A DNA stretch of 64,000 nucleotides from Eledone cirrhosa (lineage: Eukaryota). Location of the stretch: the NCBI GenBank assembly GCA_964016885.1, contig OZ024743.1, positions 192,014,001 to 192,078,000 of the forward strand, written 5' to 3'. Made by a program: the position numbers and the translations under genes. A model generated the notes under the pieces. That model saw only the letters and a program-made list of their open reading frames with translations, was not told the origin of the DNA and did not search any database. Of the stretch, positions 38,766-49,500 are shown piece after piece; within the stretch, counting starts at the first letter, position 1; each line of letters starts with the position of its first letter.

Positions 38766-41700
38766 AGTATTAAGGGTACTATTTATGGTTATGTATGCAA
38801 TAAAACCTTTAATGGTAATATATTATATATACACAAACCCTAAATAGTGAGAGATAGTCATTAATTACTATCCTATTACCAGTAAGATAAATAGCTCAAT
38901 GTAATAACATCAGTTGTTTTACAGAGCAGTTATATAGAGATTATAGTAATCAAAGTTCAGTTTAAGTCATTTATTTGCTTACAATTGTTTCCTCCAGACC
39001 GAGGTTTGGATTCTTCGGAGCAACTATTTATAACATACTTGACCTCCTTTTCAACCCAAGAGACACATAAAACATATGCGCATATTGATCAACAGTGGGG
39101 TGACATTCATCAAATGATATAGCATGGCAATTTACATATAAAGGTTACAGGATAAAAATAAAATAAAAACAAGAGTGAAAACAAGAGTGAAAATAAAGAT
39201 AAACATGAAGCGTTGGCAGTCTATGAAGATAAAGCAAGAGGAAAGCTTAGAGTAGTCAGTGTATGAAACAATCTCCCGTGTAGCATGCACGCGTGTCTTA
39301 TCTATACATGATTAGAGTGCGTCAGAATGATATTTGCAGGGTCAGGCAGTTGAAGCAAGCAATCGATCTTATTATGTAGGCTGAATTATTAAGTCATTTA
39401 TTCTCATACATCTGTATGATATACAGTCTCGGATGCGGGGAAACACCAAAATATCAAAAACCTTCAACATACTATAAACCTTATTGTATCGTAGGCAAGG
39501 CCGTACCACTGTCCTTGGTCACACCACCACTCACATAATGCATGAGACGCAATATATATATAGAGAACACGCGTCTATCGTATAATTCGCGGTGGTTCAG
39601 CATATAGTCAAGCTATAAACCGTATCCAGTCGGTTCTTAATTAATATATCATGCTGTCCAGATTCCGGAAGTGCCTGAATGACTAAGGGGAATTAATGCG
39701 TAAGGGGAGGTAACTAGCTAGTTATCTTAGTTACATTACTATGCTAAACTACATTAATGGTGATTCAAATACGTGCCTATCATGTGAAGTTATAACTAAT
39801 ATCTAGAGTATGTTACCCATTTATAGGTTAGAGAGTTGTCCATTAAGAAGTACAAGGGTGTATATATTAGGATGATTACCATCCATTAATTAAGGGGTGT
39901 CATATCTGAACGTTCTATAAGAGGAGTCAGACTCTCAAGTCACTGCTCCATGCAAATGTAATATAACAGTAGGACCTGGTATGGTCCCACTATTATATGT
40001 GCCACCCGGTAGGCTCCGGGTCATTGCATGCTTGCATCTCCAGTAGATCTTCGGTATGGTCCGGAGATCCAATCTCTCATATAAATGCACTAGTCTAGCC
40101 ATCAAGCAATAGACAACCCCCGTCTCAAATATAAATCAATTATGTATCACATCTACAAGCTAGAGTGGAGTCTATTAATAGGTACTAAAGGAGTTCACAT
40201 CAAGATGATTACGTGCATAATTCATTGAACTGATCGCTTACAGTATATAATCACTTAACAATACGATTATCTATCTAATCATCAATCTATCTCTTGGTGG
40301 TAATCCATGCACAGGACTATGCTATCGCAACCAGTACCGTGTCCCCAATTTATACTAATCTTATATTTGTGCAATGCAGAATAAGTAGTCCACGGTCGAG
40401 ATATCAGTATTAGAGGTACAAGGGGGTATTCCCAGGGTAGGTGGTACTAAAATGCTGTCAGTATTATCTTTAGAGTATAGAGATGGGTGTGGATGTGAGG
40501 TGTAAGGTGTGCTACTGATGTTAATTGCTAGGGGTGGTGCCGGTTCCAGTCTGACATTATTATATATAGGGTTTAAAGTTTTGGAACGAGTGTCGGAAGC
40601 GGTGTTGGCAATTTGCGAACACTTCTGATTTTTTATTAAGGAGATTATGTTTAGAGAAGATGATAGTATGGGTCTCTAGTAGACAGAGGTTACAAAATTT
40701 ATCAGGTGGTTTGTACGATGTTGCACTACCTACCACTTCCCATTTAAGTGTATATATTTTATTTTTAGTTTTTAGATAGTGTATGTAGCTAGATAGTGAA
40801 GTGGAGTTGGCTAGACTGTGTTTTTTGAAAGAGTGGAGGTGCGAATTGTATCTAGTTTTGAAGCAGTTAGAAGTGGAGCCTATGTAGGTTTCAGAAGAGC
40901 TGTTAGTTGTGACTGTACATGAGTATATGATATCCTTGGTTAAGCATTTTTTATCTAAAGGGCAGGTTCTACTTGATCTACAGTTACAATTACTCTGGGT
41001 GCTAGTCTGCCGGTTACTATGCTATGTAGAAGTTTGGATGTTAGCTATAGGGTTATGGTTATGCAGGTTGTGGTACGCAGCGTTAATGTTTACACTAGTG
41101 TTATTACTACTATTTCCATTGATATTACGGTAATTTGTTATAATGTTACTTTGACTGTTATTTTGAATGTTATTTTGAAGGTTTATCGACCGTTGTGATT
41201 TAGTTTGTTGGAAGTAAGAATTAATTTTTCTTTTATTTGTACTAGCTATGTGGTATGCTAAGTTAGGCGTAGTAGAGTATGAGATCTTAATAGTGTTTTT
41301 GTTTAAAAGGCCGTGGTACCTGTGGCCGGATGGGAAGTGTTTATCTAGTAGTAAGAAGAAAGCCCTAGGAAGGTTGGTAGAGACGTTTAAATTGAAAGGA
41401 GGGTTGAAAAATGTATTATTTCTTCTTCTATTTCTGTTTTTTATGTCTGGTGATTTGTTTCCTTTAATGTTCCTATGGTCATTTCTGTGGTGCGGGTTAC
41501 TCTTGTTGTTACAATCCCTATTAGTGTGTGTGCAGTTGCTATTCCTATTATTAAATTTTCCCATGGAGATGTTGTGTGAAATGATGTTGTAGCTATGTGT
41601 TTTTGTAGGTAGGAACTCTATCCCTGTATTATGGCCTGATCTAGCTAATGCCTGATTATAATACTGTGAGTTATTGTTAAATGTGTTTATGTCATAGGAT

Positions 41701-42283
41701 AGATTAGAGATTCTATTAGATACTCCCTTAGAGATAGAGTTCAATATAGATTTAGGGTAGTTAGACTTGGTATCTACGTAGATGCATCCGAGACTGTATA
41801 TCATACAGATGTATGAGAATAAATGACTTAATAATTCAGCCTACATAATAAGATCGATTGCTTGCTTCAACTGCCTGACCCTGCAAATATCATTCTGACG
41901 CACTCTAATCATGTATAGATAAGACACGCGTGCATGCTACACGAGAGATTGTTTCATACACTGACTACTCTAAGCTTTCCTCTTGCTTTATCTTCATAGA
42001 CTGCCAACGCTTCATGTTTATCTTTATTTTCACTCTTGTTTTCACTCTTGTTTTTATTTTATTTTTATCCTGTAACCTTTATATGTAAATTGCCATGCTA
42101 TATCATTTGATGAATGTCACCCCACTGTTGATCAATATGCGCATATGTTTTATGTGTCTCTTGGGTTGAAAAGGAGGTCAAGTATGTTATAAATAGTTGC
42201 TCCGAAGAATCCAAACCTCGGTCTGGAGGAAACAATTGTAAGCAAATAAATGACTTAAACTGAACTTTGATTACTGTAATCTC

Positions 42284-42287
<4 letters not shown>
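38766..42287 (-). mobile_element. Naiad-type Penelope-like element, 5'-truncated, with inverted pLTR copy
   Basis: RT thumb/linker 41022-41804 (SNYPKSILNSI, FNPPFNLNVSTN..F..LLDKHFP..H.Y..LLNKNTIKISYS); GIY-YIG ~40600-41000 (CNCR..CPL..CL..IIY..YIGST..FKTRY.SH..SF; CNLCLLE; LLNKKSE..CQHR); ~500-bp inverted arms 38933-39436 / 41784-42287. Confidence 0.88.
42196..42245 (+). ncRNA. Hammerhead motif in the Naiad pLTR (mirror copy at 38975-39024, minus strand)
   Basis: uugcu CCGAAGA a ucca..ugga g GAAAC aauu GUA agcaa; U4C variant core. Confidence 0.65.
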
Positions 42288-42374
<87 letters not shown>

Positions 42375-42401
42375 GTTTATATATATATATATATATATAT
42401 T

Positions 42402-42487
<86 letters not shown>

Positions 42488-42727
42488 AATATATAGAGAG
42501 AAACACACAGATACATGCGGACACATACATACACATGAATATATCCACATATATCCCTGGGTTAGTGGTGCCAACCTCAACCGATGTTGCTCTATGAATA
42601 ACTGGGACAAAACAATCCGAATGGATTAGACTGATTCAGTATCAGAGCTATAAAGTACATTATGAAGAGAGAAGAAACATTAGATATAATTAGTAATAAG
42701 ATATATCATACCTAGCTGGTTCTTCAG

Positions 42728-42822
42728 TCCCCGACTACGTAGTTTCGTGGCATATTATGCAAAAAACACTAGATCATAGAGATATAGAACCTTTGAGAGG
42801 TTCTGCCGACTTATCAAGGGGA
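42728..42822 (-). ncRNA. Type I hammerhead ribozyme with U3-A8 core
   Basis: ucccc UUGAUAA gucggca...ugccac GAAAC uacgua GUC gggga; palindromic stem III. Confidence 0.7.
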
Positions 42823-42989
42823 TACCTCATTAAGGATTTCAAAACACGTCTGCAATGCGCGAGATAGAATCTCGAAAAGGCGGAGGGAGAATCAATCACG
42901 TGATACAGCGGTCAAGAAACAGAGCTAAGCCCCTTATAACCCTGAAAAAAATACCACGGAAGCGGAGGGGGTATTCATATTCATAGTCG

Positions 42990-45395
42990 GCTGTGGTTGG
43001 AGTTTGTGTACTTTTGCATGTCACTTGAGCTCTCCTGCTGATTTACATTCTCTACCACATGTTTGGCAAGCATGATGAGTAGCATCTCCAACAGCAGCCT
43101 GGTAGTCAACCACTGGTCTTACTTTATGACTGCGAAGATGACTTTCGAGTCCAGCTTTGCTTAGGCAGAGTCTCGCACAGACGCTGCATGTCAGCACCAT
43201 AGGAGGACCCTTGCCGTCTGGAAGTGCAATAGTCCGCTTTACTTTCTCGTATGCGATTCGAGATGTCTCAAAGGCAACTTTTCCCTCATATACAGTCTTT
43301 CTCCATTTATTAGGATCAGCAGCAACATTTTCCCATGTATCAGCAGAGGCTTTCAAAGAGGCTTTGAAGGAATTCTTATACCTCTTTTTTGGTTTATGTG
43401 GCGGTCGTTTTCCTTTAACCAACTCTCCATAAAAGAGTTGTTTTGGTATTCTAGAATCCTTCATCCTGGCAAGGTGACCACTTAAACGGAGTCTTTGCTT
43501 ATGCACAAGAGCTTCTATACTGTCACACAGAGAGCTTTCCAAAATCTCGACATCACTGATGTGGTCCCTCCAGTGAATGCCATGGATCCGTCTGAGACAC
43601 GTCTGATGGAAATGCTCTAGTTGCTTAAGGTGGTGTCGATATGTGACCCAGGTCTTGCAGGCATAAAGAAGAGAAGAGAGCACACATGCCTTGTCCACAT
43701 TTATCTTTGTCTTCTTGCATATGTCTCGCCGACCCCAGAGTCACCTTTCTAGCTTTCCGAAAGCATCACTTGCTTTCCTAATCCTTTCCTAATCAAGGTT
43801 GCTCTGTCGATTGACAGTGCTCCCCAGATAGACAAACTGATCAACCCCTCCAAGTCATTTACCATACACATAGATATTTAGTTCACTGTACTGCTTACCA
43901 GGGGCAGGTTGGTACATGACGACGGTTTTCTTGAGACTGACAGTCAACCCTGTGGCAGTACAAGCATAAGAAAATGCATTCAAAATGTGCTGCATATCAC
44001 TCTTTGTGTGTGCTACAAGATCGCAATCATCTGCATACAAGAGGTCTCTTATGATTGATGTAAATACTTTTGTTTTTGCAGCAAAGCGCCTGATGTTAAA
44101 TATGCTGCCAGAGGTTCGATATTGGATGTAAACTTCATGCTCGTAATTCCTGAATGCAATACAGAAAACCATTGCAACGTATATGGCAAACAGAGGCGGT
44201 GCTGGAATATCCCCCTGTTTCACTCCATTTTTTGCTGAGATAGGCTCCCACATGTTACCTCCGACATTAACCCAAGCCTTCATGTCATCAGGGAAAGACC
44301 TAACCAAAGCAAACAACTTATCAGGGCAACCACGTTTCTGGAGAACATTCCATAATGCATTTCTGTTAACAGTATCGAAAGCTTTCGTCAGATCGACAAA
44401 AACCTGATACAGATCCAAGCCTTGTTCAATGCATTTCTCCTGGAGCTGTCTAGCTGAGAAGATCATATCACTAGTGTCGCGTCCAGCACGAAAACCAGAT
44501 TGACTTTCAGATAGAACACAATCTGCAATGTGTGTTAGCAGACAGTCCAGATGCACCCTACATAAAACTTTCCCTACGACAGAAAGCAATGATATACCTC
44601 TGTAGTTCCCACAATCATTCCTGTTACCCTACCGTTGTACAAGACCACCATTACTTCGTCTCTCCAGTCCTCAGGTACAGATTCATTAGCCCATATCCTG
44701 CCAAACAAAGAGTGAAGCTGTTGCAGAAGTCTCTCACCACCATATTGTAGGATCTCTGCATGTATGCCATCCATACCTGGAGACCTTCCACTGTTCAGCT
44801 TCGAGATAGCTACTGCAACCTTTACAAGCGTCGGAGGTTTTTCGAGAGCTATTTTCACAGGACGTTCTGGAATGAGATTGAGGAAACCTTCATCGACGAC
44901 TGACGGCTGATTCAAAAGTTCATTAAAGTGCTCCCGCCACCTTCGTAGAATTCCTTGTGAGTAACGAAGAAGACAGTCCATAAACTTCACGCAAGAGACT
45001 GTACAACAGCTTTGTGTTATTGGAATCTGACGCAGCTTGTATCTCATCAGCCCTCTCACCCCACCCCTGATCCTTCATCTGAGAAAGACTCTGCCTAACA
45101 CGTGATTTCACATCCTTGAGTTCCTAATGCAAAATATTCTTCTCCTGTGGTTTTGCCGCCAAGTAGCATGACAGAGCATGCCTCTTATCAGCCAACAAGT
45201 CTTCTATATGTTCACCATTCTCATTAAACCAGTCTTGATGTTTTATCTGCACCAATCCCAGAACACGCCTGCCTACATCATAAACCGACTGTTTAAGGGT
45301 CGGCCAATCCTCACCAAGATCTGCAACCTGCATCTCTTCTCGCAATGTCCCCTTCACATTTTTATCTCTAAGACGAGCAGCATTCAATCTTCTGG
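42990..45395 (-). mobile_element. Degenerate RTE/BovB-like LINE (family D) with C-terminal C2H2 fingers
   Basis: SQSGFRAGR, FVDLTKAFD, GVKQGD, LLYADD, RIPKQLFYGEL; CSVCARLCLSKAGLESHLRSH. Confidence 0.88.
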
Positions 45396-45403
45396 GCTAG
45401 AAA

Positions 45404-45785
45404 TGCAAAATACATTATATATACATCCATATATATATTACTATTTCAGAGCTCCAATTCTAATTTTTAATTTCTGCCTGACCAACAACCGCTCTGCATA
45501 ATCAGCTCCTGATTATTTACTAGATTTCTATAAGAATATAACATCAATGATCTCAGTAAACAGGTGGGGTAGTTGGCCTTGATAAGCTTCAACCAAAGCG
45601 AAACAAGTCTTGTCGGCTTATCTCCCCTGTTTGCTGAGATCAAAGTGAGTGAATTTGTCACTACTTTAAAACAATAGCTTACGGTCTTTAAAATGCTTTT
45701 AATTAAGCATAAAGTGTATTGCAAAATACATTATATATACATCCATATATATATTGCTATTTCAGAGCTCCAATTCTAATTTTTA
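45404..45785 (+). repeat. ~65-bp direct repeats, 316-bp period, enclosing a hammerhead
   Basis: tgcaaaatacattatatatacatcc...ttctaattttta at 45404 and 45720. Confidence 0.85.
45549..45641 (+). ncRNA. Type I hammerhead ribozyme with U3-A8 core
   Basis: ggcc UUGAUAA gcuu-caacca-aagc GAAAC aag-u-cuu GUC ggcu; stem I extends ~25 bp (gatctcagtaaacagg.. / ..cctgtttgctgagatc). Confidence 0.8.
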
Positions 45786-46069
45786 TATATATATACATAC
45801 ACACACATATATATATATATATATACATACATATATATGGGATAACAAATTATGGTTATAGGTAATCCAGTTAGAGGTTGTGAATACTCCGTATTGTGGA
45901 TAGTTTTAATGTATGGCGTTGTTTGACTCAACAAGAGGTTTCCTTAGTTAGGTTGCGATTTCTCGGGAATTCCTATGCAGGTTAATCTTGGAGTAATAAT
46001 AGTGAAAGAGTGAAGAATAAGATGGTCAACAGTACAAAAAGGGTTTTATTTACAGTATTTACGTGCTGC

Positions 46070-46385
46070 TTTAAACGTGTTTTGGAGGGAATACCCAACA
46101 AATAAGGATCTCTATGGCAATATACCACCTATCAGCAGGTCAATACGTGACATAGACTCAGATTTGCTAGCCACTGTTGGCACAGCAAGGAAGAAATAGC
46201 AGGTGATGTGTTGTTATGGAGTCCATTTCATGAAGCAAGAAATGCTGGTCGTCCCAAGAAGACATACGTCAAGCAACTTGAGGACGTTACTGAATGCACT
46301 GCGGAAGAACTGGCAAACGCTATGAGAGAGAGATGGATGGAGGAAACGTGTCATAGAAAGCCGAGCAAGCTCGACTTGATGATGA
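46070..46385 (+). mobile_element. RTE-superfamily LINE 3' fragment (family E)
   Basis: RFASHCWHSKEEIAGDVLLWSP...GRPKKTYVKQL, ending in (GAT)n. Confidence 0.7.
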
Positions 46386-46503
46386 TGGTGTGGTTGTCTA
46401 AAAATTGGTAATCACTTGAAATTGTGTCCCTCAATTTTAAATACAATGTATGCCTAATCAAATCATCGGAAAAACATATATATATATATATATATATGTA
46501 TAT

Positions 46504-49500
46504 ATCATCATCATCATCACCAGGTTTAGCGTCCGTGTTCCACGCTTGCATGGGTTTGGACGGGGGTTTTCCCACTTGAGGCAAGAGTGGTTGTCTTGCT
46601 CGCATAGGACTGTCTGGCGGGTTTTCTACAGTTGGATGCCCTTCCTAACACCAACCACATTTACAGTGTGGGGCTGGGAGGTTTTTACCGTGTTGCCTAC
46701 ACGGCCACATTACAGCGTGGACTGTCTGGCGGGTTTTCTACAGCTGGATGCCCTTCCTAACACCAACCACATTTACAGTGTGGGGCTGGGAGGTTTTTAC
46801 CGTGTTGCCTACACGGCCACATTTACAGCGTGGACTGTGTGTTTTTTGTCGTGACACCTACACGATCTCATTTGTTTCGGCCTGGATGTTGTGGGACCAA
46901 CATAACTTTACATTGAAAGGGGCGGTGTGGGTGGGGTGGAGGTGGTGGGACGGGGGTGTGTTTTGATAGAGGTGCCTACTGACTGTAGTAGGTTTTTACT
47001 TTGTATTTAGGTAAGGCGGGTCTTCTCTATTACTGAGTACCGCCAAAGGTCTCGGTCCAGTGACATTGTCTTGGAGAGGTGTAAGCGTGTGAGGTCGGAA
47101 TTTATCAGCTCGTCCCATGTTTTTCTGGGTCTGCCTACTCCGTGGCTACCGTCTATCTTTATTGCCCTGCACTTTGTTATACAGCTGTCGTCTTTCATGC
47201 GCATCACGTGACCGTACCAACGTAGCCTTCTCTCGAGTAAACAACATCTGATCCCTCTTATTTCTAATTTTTTCCTTAGTTCGTTTATGCTTTGCCGTTC
47301 ACGTATATTACTATTGCACATCCAGCGGAGCATGCAAGCTTCGTTCCTCTCTAGTCTGCGTATATCCTCTGCACACAATGCCCAGGTCTCACTGCCATGC
47401 AGCATTGCTGTTCGTATGCAGGCATCGTATAACCTGCCTTTCATTTTTAGGGAGAACCCTCTAGCGGCTAATAGTGGTATAAGCTCTCTGAACTTTTTCC
47501 ATCCAGTTCTGACTCTAGCTACTGTACTTTCAGAGCACCCTCCCCCACTGCTGATTTTGTCACCCAGATAACGGAAGCTGTCCACTATTTCTATAGAACC
47601 CTCTGCGCAGTTGAAGGAGCTAGTATTTTGTGGGCACTTGCTGCTACTTATTGCACCAGAGCACCGGCCACATGTAAAATCTATGTTCTTAGTTAGCTTA
47701 CCTGTGATCCCGCTACATCTTTTATGCACCCATACTTTGCATTTGGGACATAAAATGGAGTTTCTACCTACGCCTTTCCTACACACTGAGCATGGCCATT
47801 TCCCCGATGGGACCGCCGCCTTATTTTCTTTCCTACAAACTAGAACTTTAGTCTTAGCCAGGTTAATTTTAAGGCCTTTTGATTCTAGGCCGTGCTTCCA
47901 CGTTTGGAATTTCTTCTCTAGTTCGGTCATTGATTCAGCTATGAGCGTTAGATCATCTGCGTATAGGAGTTCCCATGGGCAGCCGGTCTTGAACTCCTCT
48001 GTTATAGCCTGAAGGGCAATAATAAATAGTAGGGGGCTAAGTACAGAGCCCTGATGGACACCAACTTTTACGCTAAACTCTTCACTATATTCGTTGTTAA
48101 TTCTAACCTTACTGACTGTTTCTTTATACATGGCTTGTATAGCTCTCACAAACCATTCGTCAACACCTAGTTTTCTAAGAGACCACCAGATAATGGAACG
48201 GGGGACTCTGTCGAAGGCTTTCTCCAAGTCGACAAAAGCTAAGTATAGGGGTTTACTTTTAGCTAGGTACTTCTCCTGTAGTTGTCGTACAATGAAAAGA
48301 GCGTCTGTGGTACTTTTGCCTGACACAAACCCGAACTGCATTTCATCTAGATCAATTCTCTCTCTGATTAGTTGCGCTATTACTTTTTCCGTGACCTTCA
48401 TGACCTGGTCGATTAATTTAATGCCTCTATAGTTACTCCTATCTAGGGCATCTCCTTTTCCCTTATAGCAGTTAACGATGATGCTGCTACGCCATTCCTT
48501 CGGAACAACCCCATTCTGTACGACTTGGTTAACTATCCGGGTGACCATGGTGTGTCCCACCGAACCAGATGCCTTCAGCATCTCAGCAACTATTTCCGAA
48601 GGCCCAGCCGCCTTACCCGTCTTCATATCTTTGATTGCCTTACTTATTATACTACCTTCAACTAACACTGCTGGTCCCTCTATTGGATCGATCTGGGGGA
48701 GACTGTCTTTCTCCCATTTGTTCTCCTCATTTAGAAGCCTTTCGTAGTGACACTTCCAAGCTACCTTCTTATCAGCGTCGGTGATGGCAAGTATGCCATC
48801 ATCGTTAAGTACACACTTCTCCCCGACAATATCACGGTTTTCCTTGACACATTGCCTGGCAATCCTGAACACCTCACGTTTTTGGTCCTCACGTTGTAGA
48901 ACATGCTTGAACTTTCTTTCCTCTGCTTCCCTTCTTGCGAAGTACACTTGTCTCCTAGCTTCCCTCCTGGCCACTTGATAGTCTTCTCTACTTCCCCCAT
49001 CCCGCCATACTTTCCAAGCCTGCTTTTTGGCCTTAATTGACTCCTCCACCTTACTGTTCCACCACCATGTTACTCTCCTCCTACCTACAGGCCTGCTCCA
49101 GCCACAGACTTCGTCTGCCGCCGTCAGCAGGTTTGCTCTCAGGAATTCCCACTGTTCCTCTATATTATACGACTCTAATTGCTCTTCCTTACTGTCGAAA
49201 GCGTCAAGTAATTTGCTTTGAAATTTATTTCTGGCTATGGGGTCCTTTACCTTCCATATTTTTCTCCTGAGGATAGTCCTCTTTCGCTGTCTAGTACGTC
49301 TCGTCCTGACTATGAGGTCGCTAATTATCAGTCTATGTTGGGAGGTGAATTCTTCATGGGGGTGGGATTTAGTGTTAACAACAGACACTCTGTCACGTCT
49401 TCTGGTAAGGATATAATCTACCTGGCTTGTGTGTTCCCCCGATCTATAGGTGATCAAGTGATTGCCTCGTTTTTTGAAGTTAGTGTTACAGATAGTTAAG

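Noticed and set aside
42100-42190. Second hammerhead-like motif (UUGAUGA...GAAAAGGAGGUC) in the Naiad pLTR
   Set aside because: Stems I and III do not pair convincingly
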